A stretch of DNA of 64,000 nt from Pirellulaceae bacterium (GTDB taxonomy: Bacteria > Planctomycetota > Planctomycetia > Pirellulales > Pirellulaceae). Below are positions 35,063 to 43,764 of this stretch, piece after piece. The first letter of the stretch is position 1. Every line of letters begins with the position of its first letter. The translations under genes and the position numbers were made by a program. The DNA lies in contig JALCBQ010000001.1 of NCBI GenBank assembly GCA_028066335.1, positions 13,480 to 77,479 of the forward strand, given 5' to 3'. The notes beneath the pieces were generated by a model that worked only from the letters and a program-made list of their open reading frames with translations, had not been told where the DNA came from and searched no databases.

Positions 35063-37270
35063 TTACCACCAAAGAGCTGCTTTGGTTTGAATCGTTTCTA
35101 TAAAGTCCTGGAAAATGACATAACCAAGAGATTGGCGACCACATAAAATTTGGGCGCTAACACTTGCACTCGGTCGAAGATCAGGGATTTTTTCTCTCTC
35201 GACAGCAACATAGACAGGAACAAATTGTTTTCCTTCAGGGGTACGGGTCGTTGTCGTGTCGATTTGGGTCACGGTGCCGTAAAATGATTCTCCGGGAAGG
35301 GTCGCTAGAGTAAAGTGGACGGTGAGCTTTTCTTTTTTCTGGTGAGCAAGAAGGTGCTTAAGGCGACGTTCAGGGACCTGAAGTTCAAGTTGCCATTGGC
35401 CTGTCGCCTGAACGATTTTCATTAAAGTTTGTCCCTGTTGAACTGGCCGCTGGGTAAGTTGTTTTTTAACTTGCCACGTGGTGATTTGGCCATCAAGGGG
35501 ACTATGGATCGTCAGTTGTTTTTGTTTGAGCTGCTGCAGATGTTGTTGGCGGAGAATATTTTCCTCTTCTTGCCGTAGTTGGGTGAGGTTCCCGCTTACT
35601 TGTAATTCTTCTTGTTGGCTTAGCTTTTGATGGTTGAATTTTTGTTCATGGGCAAAAATTTTCTCTTGAACATTACGGAGATCACCTTCAAGCTTGTTGG
35701 TTTGAAGGTCAAAGTTAGCATTGTAGAGCTGAGCTAGTGGTTGGCCTGCTTTGACCTTTTGGCCGTGCTCAACAAAAACCTCCTCCACGAGGCCCTCATA
35801 AGGAGAGAAAACCTGTTGTCCGACAACGGGCTGCAGTTCGCCTTTTGCAAACATTTTAAAGTCGGCCGGTATACAGAATAAGGTTGCCAACGTAGCAAAG
35901 AAGATTAGGAAGAGAGTCGTAGTCCTAGACTGTGGAAGCTCCTTTCTGATCACCCCTAGTTTTTTCCAAAGAGGGAGTAGAAAAAGATGGCTATGTTCTT
36001 TCGCATTTCCTAAGGCAAGGGTGCTATGTTCTACAGCAGAGGCGATAAGATTTCGGTCTTTCGGCGCAAAGGTTCCTTGTTTTAGTCGTTCAAAGAGAAG
36101 CAATCCAACGAGATGTTTCTTTTTTTTCTTAGGATGTTCTTGGGAGGAGGTGTTACCTTCTCGGTAGAAAAGAGGCTCAATTCGAAGCGCCTTAGTATGG
36201 GACAGGTCAAGATAATGTTGTAGAGGTGCTTCAAGTTGAGGTGGAAGGGGAGCTATAGACTCATTCGCCGATGGGGATGGTTCCTCGTAGTGAAACGGTT
36301 TGAGAGTTTGGGAAACGCTCGAAACGAGCTTTGTTAGAGCAATATTTGTTTGCGAACGGGGTTGGATTTGGTCAATTCCACTAGTTGCTACGACCTCGAC
36401 TTTGGAGCCTCGAATATTGAGAAGACTTACTCGATCTACATTAGTGAGATGGCGGCCTTCATTCACGACGGTGTAAGCTGTCTTTTTCCAGTCAAGGGAT
36501 TGATGAACTTGTCGGATAAATTGTTGTTGTGGTTGCCACTGGCTTTGCATGCGGACGAGGTGACGGAGATGACGATCTTTAAAATAGGTCGATGCTAAAC
36601 GACTCATGTTTTGTAGAAAGTTGAGGTAGCCATGGCGGATTTTAGGGTCTTGTTGAGGGCGTTGGAAAATTTCGAGAAGTCCGATGACAGTTTTCCCTTT
36701 GGGGACATCTTGAGAAACATCAACGAGAGATTGATCAAGATAAAGTGGAACGATTATACGAAGATACCCTGTCGGATTCCCTTTTTCTCCTGGAAGGAGG
36801 ACTGTCGGTTTTGCTTTTTTTAAGAAGATGGCTAAGAATTGTTGGTGTTTTTCTTGAGTCTCTCTGTTTTGTAGAAGAGGCAGGTCATTGTTATTGACCT
36901 GAAAAGAGAGGTCAGAGATTACGCCTTTATCAATTTCCCATAGGAGACCGGCTGGAGCAGCGAGGGCTTCGACGACTCGTGGGAGAAATTCGCTGGCGAA
37001 GACGTGGGGATCAGGATTTTGGGCGATAATTGCTTCAATTTCGTGAACAAGAGACTGAATTTGTGAACGGGTTTCTAAAAGAAGTTTCTCGCCGATATGA
37101 TCGGCCGGGTTAGCTGATCGTTGAGAAGCTGAGTTAGGCAGTTGGTTTTCAGAAGGGTTGGCCGTGGGGAACGGGATCGTTGAATCGTCTTTTCTGCTCT
37201 TCCTTTTTGTGTGAAGAGTTCTTTTTTGAGAAGAAGATTTTTGTGGTTGAGGTATCGGCTCGGACGACAT
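35063..37270 (-). CDS. Tandem GAF-like cytoplasmic domains + TM + HlyD-like periplasmic adaptor
   Basis: 735 aa. Residues ~60-235 and ~250-425 each show a GAF-like pattern (...AGLLWEID...RIIVPLY...VIGLLEIFQR, and DRVSLLNIRGSKVEVVATSG...IEPLF...LVGLLLFERL). TM helix TTLFLIFFATLATLFCIP. Then a lipoyl-like VKAGQPLAQL, a long coiled coil, IHSPLDGQI and a beta-rich end. Confidence 0.7.
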   Translation of the reverse strand: MSSEPIPQPQKSSSQKRTLHTKRKSRKDDSTIPFPTANPSENQLPNSASQRSANPADHIGEKLLLETRSQIQSLVHEIEAIIAQNPDPHVFASEFLPRVVEALAAPAGLLWEIDKGVISDLSFQVNNNDLPLLQNRETQEKHQQFLAIFLKKAKPTVLLPGEKGNPTGYLRIIVPLYLDQSLVDVSQDVPKGKTVIGLLEIFQRPQQDPKIRHGYLNFLQNMSRLASTYFKDRHLRHLVRMQSQWQPQQQFIRQVHQSLDWKKTAYTVVNEGRHLTNVDRVSLLNIRGSKVEVVATSGIDQIQPRSQTNIALTKLVSSVSQTLKPFHYEEPSPSANESIAPLPPQLEAPLQHYLDLSHTKALRIEPLFYREGNTSSQEHPKKKKKHLVGLLLFERLKQGTFAPKDRNLIASAVEHSTLALGNAKEHSHLFLLPLWKKLGVIRKELPQSRTTTLFLIFFATLATLFCIPADFKMFAKGELQPVVGQQVFSPYEGLVEEVFVEHGQKVKAGQPLAQLYNANFDLQTNKLEGDLRNVQEKIFAHEQKFNHQKLSQQEELQVSGNLTQLRQEEENILRQQHLQQLKQKQLTIHSPLDGQITTWQVKKQLTQRPVQQGQTLMKIVQATGQWQLELQVPERRLKHLLAHQKKEKLTVHFTLATLPGESFYGTVTQIDTTTTRTPEGKQFVPVYVAVEREKIPDLRPSASVSAQILCGRQSLGYVIFQDFIETIQTKAALWW

Positions 37271-37617
37271 TTATTTTTGGTGAGGTAAATGGAAAGATTT
37301 CAGGCAAGAGACTTGCCCCGCAGTTTAGTGAAAAGGCAGGGAATATTCCTTCGAGATAATTTGTAAAAATGGGACACAGCTAAAAGGGAGAGGGACGACG
37401 ACTATAGCAAAATAGAACGTTTGGGAGAATGGCAGTTCGGTGGCGGGTATGGTTGAGGGAATAAAATGATTGTAAAGGATAATTTGGGGTAGCTTTTCTT
37501 GACGGGCTGTGCGAAAATATCGAGCTTTGGCCCCCTTTATCTAGCGGACTATTAGGGACGTTCTGTAGTCGTTTATGGGGTTAAGGCTCTTAAGAAATGT
37601 GGTTCCCATAAATCTCC

Positions 37618-37836
37618 ATGGCAAAAGAAGAAGCACTCGAAGTTGAAGGTACAGTTGTTCAGGCGCTGGCAAATACCCGTTTTCGCGTTCAATTAGATAC
37701 CGGAACAGAGGTAATGGCACACGTTGCCGGACGTATGCGAAAATTCTTTATTCGAATTGTTCCGGGCGACAGGGTTCGAGTCGAACTCTCGCCTTATGAC
37801 CTTACCAAGGGACGGATTGTTTTCCGTGAACGGTAA
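37618..37836 (+). CDS. infA: Translation initiation factor IF-1
   Basis: 72 aa. [13 protein letters not shown]...L.NT.FRV.L..G.....[25 protein letters not shown] matches IF-1 over its whole length. Confidence 0.97.
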   Translation: MAKEEALEVEGTVVQALANTRFRVQLDTGTEVMAHVAGRMRKFFIRIVPGDRVRVELSPYDLTKGRIVFRER

Positions 37837-38033
37837 TTCATAGCCGATTTGATAATGAGCCCTTACATAGGGGCTTTCGGTGTGTATTCTTTTTACTTTT
37901 AAAAGATTGCCGTGTCAATTTGAGCCCCTTTGTGCGCCATTTCACCTTTTGTCGTCTCGTTTTCAAAAGAAAAGCTATTTGACATCCCGTTCCTTGGCAT
38001 GTTTCGGTAATTTGAATGCCTCTTTTTCTCTTG

Positions 38034-38058
38034 TAACCTATTTTATAACAATAGGTTA
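38034..38058. promoter_or_regulatory. 9-bp perfect inverted repeat TAACCTATT-N7-AATAGGTTA (candidate operator)
   Basis: Read directly from the sequence. It lies ~190 bp upstream of the GTG at 38247 in a 410-bp AT-rich intergenic region. Confidence 0.3.
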
Positions 38059-38115
38059 GGAAGAATGTTTTGTTTTGTTTCCCTGGAGTTTTCTTTATAC
38101 GTTAAAATTTGTAAG

Positions 38116-38134
38116 TTTTTGAAACTTTCAAAAA
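38116..38134. promoter_or_regulatory. 19-bp perfect palindrome TTTTTGAAA-C-TTTCAAAAA (candidate operator)
   Basis: Read directly from the sequence. It lies ~115 bp upstream of the GTG at 38247. Confidence 0.35.
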
Positions 38135-38246
38135 AAGCTTTGGTAATGTTATCAGAAGGTTTCCTTTTGGAGGCCTGTGCGGTATCTTGGTAGGTTCTGT
38201 TTATATAGAAATTATTATTTATTTAGCTCAAGGTAGGAGAAATTTC

Positions 38247-39890
38247 GTGAGAAAGTTTGTAAGCAAAACAATCCTGTGTTTGGCGGCCGTTGCCTTGTTG
38301 GCTTTGCCCCTTACTCGGGCAAATGCACAAGATGTTGAGTTGGCAGGTGGCGTTAAGCCGACGATGATTGTTGCAACAGCGAGTGTCGATGAGCTGCTCT
38401 CTGATGCGAATTATATTGCTACCGCCGTTGGTAACCCTGAGTCTGTGATGATGGCCCAGTTTATGCTTCGTGGAATGATTAACGGCGTTGACACAGGGAA
38501 ACCGGTTGGTGCTGTTCTCGGATTTGATGGTATCGAGCCAGTCCCCTTTGTTATGGTTCCGGTGAGTAATTTAGACGCCATCATGGCGAGTGTAGGACAG
38601 GCAGGGACAGTTGAGTTTGAAGAGCTGGAGGAAAACCTTTATTCACTAGAGATTCCTCCAGGAGAGACGGTCTATCTAACGGTTGATAATGGGTATGCCC
38701 TTTTGGCGACCGACCTTGATGTTCTGGAGAACTCTTCGGTCTCCCCTGAAAAATTGCTTTCCAAAATGACGGAAAAGCACGATATTGCGGTTGATATCTT
38801 TGTTCAGAATTTCCCTGCAGAGTTCAAGGACCAATTCCTACATGAAATGAAATTAGGGTACGAAAATTCTATTCGTTTTATGAGCGAAGAAGATCGTATT
38901 AATTCCCAAGCGGTCATGGACACGATGTTCAATAATTTTGAACGTATCTTTGATGAACTTACCCGGGTAAGTTATGCAATCGGTGTTGATGAAGATAGTA
39001 CCAAAACTTATCTCGATGTTGCTGTAACGGCCCTTCCTGGTTCTGAAATTGATGAACTCATTGAAAGTTCTCGCTCGTTGCAATCAGATTATCTTGGGTT
39101 CTTGGTCTCTGACGCAGCTGTTACTTACAACGCAGTCGGTAAATCGGCCCAAAATGACATCGATAATGTTGTTGCAATGCTCGACAATGTCGAGACACAA
39201 GTCCTTGATCAAATGGAGGGTGAACTTAGTGGAGAAGATCTTCTCCTTGCTCAGGGTATTGTGAAAAAACTTCTTGATGTCACCAAAGAGTCCGTCGCTC
39301 AGGAAAAAAATGATGGTGGAGCTGCCCTGATTCTAAAGCCGGGCCAGTTTACCTTTGTAGCTGGCGCTTATACGGAATCTGGTGACAAAATCACTGATGC
39401 AGTTAGCGATCTCTTTACCCTTATTTCAGAAAAGGGCGAAGGTGTACCGATTGATCTTTCGACCTTTAGCGATGGTGGAATCGACTTTCATAAGATGGTC
39501 GTCACCTTGCCTGAATTAGACGAAGGACGAAAGGTATTTGGCGAAACGGTCGAAGTCTTGATTGGCAACAATAATAAGTCTGTCTATGTCGGGTTAGGAA
39601 ACGAGTGCCTTCCAACTTTAAAGAAGATAATCAGTAACCCTGGTTTACCAACTGGCGCAAAAGAGTTACCTACTCAGTTTAATATTTCGGTTGTTCCTAT
39701 ATTGAACTTTGTTGCTGCATTAGATGAGAACCCTGTCATGGATGCTGTTGCTCAACAGGCTGAAAAGTATGCTGGTGACGACAGCCTTCGATTGTCTGCC
39801 GATTACATCCCGAATGGTGTTTCGATCCGTCTTCAAATTGATGAAGGTATTTGGAAAATTATTGGTGAAGTGGCACAGTTAGGCCAATAA
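38247..39890 (+). CDS. Secreted protein of unknown function, paralog A of a tandem pair
   Basis: GTG start 8 nt after AGGTAGGAGA. Signal peptide VRKFVSKTILCLAAVALLALPLTRANA-QD. ~547 aa, acidic, with no enzymatic motif recognised. It is collinear with the next gene. The ORF-track start at 38187 is less likely, because it has no signal peptide context. Confidence 0.75.
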   Translation: MRKFVSKTILCLAAVALLALPLTRANAQDVELAGGVKPTMIVATASVDELLSDANYIATAVGNPESVMMAQFMLRGMINGVDTGKPVGAVLGFDGIEPVPFVMVPVSNLDAIMASVGQAGTVEFEELEENLYSLEIPPGETVYLTVDNGYALLATDLDVLENSSVSPEKLLSKMTEKHDIAVDIFVQNFPAEFKDQFLHEMKLGYENSIRFMSEEDRINSQAVMDTMFNNFERIFDELTRVSYAIGVDEDSTKTYLDVAVTALPGSEIDELIESSRSLQSDYLGFLVSDAAVTYNAVGKSAQNDIDNVVAMLDNVETQVLDQMEGELSGEDLLLAQGIVKKLLDVTKESVAQEKNDGGAALILKPGQFTFVAGAYTESGDKITDAVSDLFTLISEKGEGVPIDLSTFSDGGIDFHKMVVTLPELDEGRKVFGETVEVLIGNNNKSVYVGLGNECLPTLKKIISNPGLPTGAKELPTQFNISVVPILNFVAALDENPVMDAVAQQAEKYAGDDSLRLSADYIPNGVSIRLQIDEGIWKIIGEVAQLGQ

Positions 39891-39971
39891 GTTTCAAGAT
39901 AGATTTTTAACGATTGGTTGGATAGCTTCTCCGAGTTTAGGGATTTGCTTAAAGCCAATAGTTGACCTCCC

Positions 39972-40004
39972 AAAGGCACTGCCGATAAAAGCAGTGCCTT
40001 TTTT
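39972..40004 (+). terminator. Intrinsic terminator after paralog A
   Basis: GGCACTGC-cgataaaa-GCAGTGCC followed by TTTTTT, with an AAA run just before the stem. It starts 82 nt after the stop. Confidence 0.75.
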
Positions 40005-40068
40005 GGGGCCCTTCTTGTATACCAGATGTTCTGACATTTAGGTTACCTTTTCTTTGCCCTTTCTTATC

Positions 40069-41763
40069 ATGAGGCACATTGTGAGACTTCTATACCGATT
40101 CTCAATGGCTCTTATTTGGCTTTCTTCTTCTCCTTTGATGGCAGGGTACTCTCAGGAAGTAGTTGTAAAAAGTGAGGCCCAACTTGCGGCATTCCAGGAG
40201 GAAGAGATCGGTTTTGTAGCTATTAAAAATCTGGGACGGGTCCAGGCGATTTTTCAAAAATATTCTCAAAAATTAGGGCTAGGGGCAGAGGCCATTTTCG
40301 TACAAGCTGCTCTCAACGGCATGAGCACAGTCGTGGATAACGAGCGACCAATAGGTATCGTCTTCGATCACTCAAAGGAGAAAAAAGAGTACACTCTCGT
40401 GTTACCCGTTAAAAATAAAAAAGGATGTGAAGACCTTTTTCATAGCTTTGCCTCTCTTGGAAAAGCAGAAATTCAGAAACATGAGGGTTACGAGACTGTG
40501 AGTATCCCAGGTTATCCTAGACCTTTAGCAGTCTCGATTACCGATCAATGGTGGACGATTACCTTAAACCATGAGGCGTTACAAGAGGTTCAAAATATAG
40601 AAGGGCTTGAAGAACACTTACAAAAGCTCACCGAGGCCAATGATGTTAGCCTATGGATGCCAATTAAGCCACTCATTGCTGACTTTGAGAATTTAATACC
40701 CCAGGTACTAGATACCAACGAGGTGATTGACCCTCGGTTTTCTACCGGCTTACCACCTGAGAAATTGCACGAATTACAAACGTTACGGGCGTGTGTGCAG
40801 TGGGCAAAACCTTATGTTCTGGAGGGGGAATACCTTGAGCAAGGGCTAACCTTTGACTTTGAAAAAGAACAGATCCGCTACCATTTTCACTATCAGCCGG
40901 CAGATGGATCTTCTATTGAGAAGGGGCTAACGGGCAAGCATATTAAGAGTTCCCAAGGAGGGTTTGTTAGTAATGAAGTCGCATTTTTTTCCCAGTGGAA
41001 TTTTGAACTAGGAGAAGACCTCATCAATGTGTTCCAGCTCCTTTGCAAGCAGCTTAAGGCACAGATGCGAGGAAGCTTAGAAACCGAAATGCCTGCTCAA
41101 GTCCGCGAGATGGTAATTTCTCTCGGTGACCGCCTGCTAAACCTTATTGAAGAAACGGCGGCGGAAAAACGGATCTATGGAGGAGTTCGGTTTGAATTCG
41201 CAGGAATGGAAACGACCTCCGTTGTCGGGACCGGTCTCGCTGATGGATATGAGCTCGAAGATATTATCGGAACCCTAATGGAAGAGGGGGGGGAGTACGA
41301 TGCTATAGTCTACGATTACGATTGGTATAAAGGTTTCAACATTCATAAAATTGAAGTTCCAGCTGGTGATCAGGAAGACGAAATAGCAGCTGCCGATTTT
41401 TTTCTTGCCATCGCTGAAAAAGAGGCTTATCTAGCTCTTGCAGATGAGCGAGGTCGCCTAGCTCTAAGAAGAGTTCTAAAAGATGCTGCAGAAAGAGAAG
41501 AAGACCTTAAGGCGGCTGGCTTTATCGTACAAATTAACGGTAAACATTTTGCCGGAGGAATTTACAATACTTTCCCCGAGGAAAGCTCGATTCCTAGTAT
41601 TCAACAAAAAAGTGAGGCACTCCAAAAATTTCTCACCGACCCGAAATTACAAGAGAAAAGTGACTTAATTCAACTAAAAGTGACCCAGGAAAAGGGAGCG
41701 GTTCAGGGCACCCTGATTTTTGATGAGGTAAACCTAGGGTGGCTAATCCCGTTAATGAAATAG
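40069..41763 (+). CDS. Secreted protein of unknown function, paralog B of a tandem pair
   Basis: ATG at 40069 gives the signal-like N-terminus MRHIVRLLYRFSMALIWLSSSPLMAG. ~564 aa. Shares collinear weak similarity blocks with paralog A (see findings). Confidence 0.75.
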   Translation: MRHIVRLLYRFSMALIWLSSSPLMAGYSQEVVVKSEAQLAAFQEEEIGFVAIKNLGRVQAIFQKYSQKLGLGAEAIFVQAALNGMSTVVDNERPIGIVFDHSKEKKEYTLVLPVKNKKGCEDLFHSFASLGKAEIQKHEGYETVSIPGYPRPLAVSITDQWWTITLNHEALQEVQNIEGLEEHLQKLTEANDVSLWMPIKPLIADFENLIPQVLDTNEVIDPRFSTGLPPEKLHELQTLRACVQWAKPYVLEGEYLEQGLTFDFEKEQIRYHFHYQPADGSSIEKGLTGKHIKSSQGGFVSNEVAFFSQWNFELGEDLINVFQLLCKQLKAQMRGSLETEMPAQVREMVISLGDRLLNLIEETAAEKRIYGGVRFEFAGMETTSVVGTGLADGYELEDIIGTLMEEGGEYDAIVYDYDWYKGFNIHKIEVPAGDQEDEIAAADFFLAIAEKEAYLALADERGRLALRRVLKDAAEREEDLKAAGFIVQINGKHFAGGIYNTFPEESSIPSIQQKSEALQKFLTDPKLQEKSDLIQLKVTQEKGAVQGTLIFDEVNLGWLIPLMK

Positions 41764-41831
41764 TAGAAGAGGTGCCTCTTCTGGGTAGAAAGTCACCAAT
41801 AGAGAGCCTTACAATATTTTAGTAACAAACG

Positions 41832-41866
41832 AAAAAGAGGGATGGCATTTCATCATTCCTCTTTTG
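41832..41866. terminator. Bidirectional stem-loop between convergent genes
   Basis: AGAGGGATG / CATTCCTCT arms (one G-U pair on the + strand, one A-C mismatch on the - strand), flanked by AAAAA upstream and TTTT downstream. It lies between the stops at 41763 (+) and 41890 (-). Confidence 0.55.
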
Positions 41867-41889
41867 TTACACTTAGCTCTACCTTGGGC

Positions 41890-42975
41890 TCACTCGTTAG
41901 ACTTTACTTTTGAAGTAAATGCGGCATCGAGAAGGCGAGAGCGAAGGTTTTGGCATGTTTTTTGGAAAGTCTGAGGGTCTTTAGAGAGCTTCTCGACGTC
42001 ACTATTTTTTGTGCGGCTGTCGGTTGGGGGATCTTTAGCAGGAGCAGAAGAGGGCTGGAGCGGAGTCCCACAAATATAATGGTTGTCCGTTCCATCGTGC
42101 CAAAAAATTTGGTTACGCCCTTTTTCCTTTGCAGCATAGAGTGCTAAATCGGCCTGTCTTAGCATTTCGCTCACGTCATTGGCCGTCGAGGAATAGGCGA
42201 CACCACCACTTAGAGTAAACTGCAGCGTTTGCTGTTCATAAGAAATTTGCAAACGTTCGGCTGTTTGGCGACATTTTTCTGCGATTTCAGCAACGAGTTT
42301 TGGGTTGGCTTTGGGTAGAAGTAGGGCAAATTCTTCGCCACCAAGTCGAAAAACAAGATCGGGCTTGGTATGGGAGCTTTGCAAACATAGGGCGATTTGC
42401 TTAAGGACGAGATCTCCAGCTGGATGGCCATAGGTATCATTGATCGATTTGAAATAATCAGCATCAAATAGAAACAGAGCGGCCGTTGAATGAGTAGACT
42501 TTCCCGAGAGGATCTTCTCAAGAGTTGTCTCGAAGGCGCGGCGGTTACCAAGCCCGGTTAGACTGTCGGTGCGAGCTTCACAAAGGTATTTTTCTAGTTG
42601 GCCAGCTTGATTATGGATTCGATGCTCGGCTTGTTCAAGGCGAGTTTGTAGCTCTTGGTTTGCTGCAAAAACTTGTTGCCAGAGTGAATTGTCCGTTGGT
42701 TTAGTATCAAGAGGGGAGGTCTCTGCGATTTCTTGCCACTGTGCGAGGGTGTGGCGATATTGAGAGACGTCATCTGAGACCGTATGGGCAGTTGCCGAAA
42801 GTTCGCTAACCAGGCTCGCGATTTCGGTTTTTTCAGCGTTGCTCATTTTGGGTGATTCTTGCCATCGAAAAGAGGCCCAAACCCCGAGGGCCAGCCCTAG
42901 AATCAAAAAGAGGGCACTAAAAAGAGAGCCTAAAATAAAGGGATCATAGCTCATTGTGGCTGTTGGGTAGTCCAT
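41890..42975 (-). CDS. Diguanylate cyclase (TM + coiled coil + GGDEF domain)
   Basis: N-terminal TM helix (ILGSLFSALFLILGLALGVWASF), then DSLTGLGNRRAF, FDADYFKSINDTYGHPAGD and active-site RLGGEEFALLL. Confidence 0.9.
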   Translation of the reverse strand: MDYPTATMSYDPFILGSLFSALFLILGLALGVWASFRWQESPKMSNAEKTEIASLVSELSATAHTVSDDVSQYRHTLAQWQEIAETSPLDTKPTDNSLWQQVFAANQELQTRLEQAEHRIHNQAGQLEKYLCEARTDSLTGLGNRRAFETTLEKILSGKSTHSTAALFLFDADYFKSINDTYGHPAGDLVLKQIALCLQSSHTKPDLVFRLGGEEFALLLPKANPKLVAEIAEKCRQTAERLQISYEQQTLQFTLSGGVAYSSTANDVSEMLRQADLALYAAKEKGRNQIFWHDGTDNHYICGTPLQPSSAPAKDPPTDSRTKNSDVEKLSKDPQTFQKTCQNLRSRLLDAAFTSKVKSNE

Positions 42976-43145
42976 CTGGAGTCAATAACTGGAAAAGCCG
43001 CTCTTCAATTGTAGGTTATGGTAGCCCTTTTCGCTTGAGAAATTGTGGAAATCAGAAGGAAACTGGTATTAATTGGTTTGGTTTTTACCCTGAAATAGTG
43101 TAGAATCCCTCCCATTGAAATTCATTTTTGGTCGCTATCTAACCA

Positions 43146-43433
43146 TTGGGGGATGTTTTTGTGAATAGTAAAGGGCGTGGCAAAGAAAAAGTTCTTGCAG
43201 GTATTTTAGGAATTCTAATTGGTGGTCTTGGAGTTCACCACTTTTATCTCGGCTCGACAACTTCGGGAGTTATCCTTTTAGTAGCATCTCTATTCACGTG
43301 TGGTTTTGCCAGTATCGTCGGGCTTATTGAAGGGATTATGTTATTGGTGATGAATGACGAGGAGTTCGATGCTCGTTATAACCAACGGGAACCGGAAGGG
43401 ATGGAATTTGTCTTTACAAAGCCTAATCTTTAG
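43146..43433 (+). CDS. TM2 domain-containing membrane protein
   Basis: KVLAGILGILIGGLGVHHFYLG....G...L fits the TM2 domain with two TM helices. The start is uncertain (TTG at 43146 or GTG at 43161). Confidence 0.78.
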   Translation: MGDVFVNSKGRGKEKVLAGILGILIGGLGVHHFYLGSTTSGVILLVASLFTCGFASIVGLIEGIMLLVMNDEEFDARYNQREPEGMEFVFTKPNL

Positions 43434-43516
43434 TCGATAGGCTCAAACGGCCTATACCTGCTCCTTTTACTTCTTTTGGTGAAATCTGGTAAAAGTGACC
43501 GTAGTTGATTTTCTGA

Positions 43517-43544
43517 GAGCCTTCATGTTGAGGGCTCTTTTTTT
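43517..43544 (+). terminator. Intrinsic terminator
   Basis: GAGCCTTCA-tgt-TGAGGGCTC (9-bp stem with one G-U pair) followed by seven T residues. Confidence 0.7.
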
Positions 43545-43764
43545 ATGTATTTTACCTTTGGCAAGGTCCAACTAGAACCATTAAAGGGATTAAAGTGACT
43601 AAAGGAGATACCTGTATCGAGAAATGGGGGAATTTGCAAGGTGTTTCTTAAATATCTGTTTTTAAAAGTTTATAATGTACCAACGACGACCAAGTCTAGG
43701 GTTTTTAGTAGCCAGTTGACTTTTAGGGGTCGCCCTTTCTCGCCATAAGGACTGTTCATCGGCA

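Noticed and set aside
37837-38033. Looked for rpmJ (L36) or other small ribosomal genes after infA. Also considered a weak hairpin (AGCCCTTACATAGGGGCT) as the infA terminator.
   Set aside because: No L36-like ORF exists in any frame. The hairpin would have a 2-nt loop unless its closing pairs open, and its U-tract is interrupted, so it is too weak to list as a feature.
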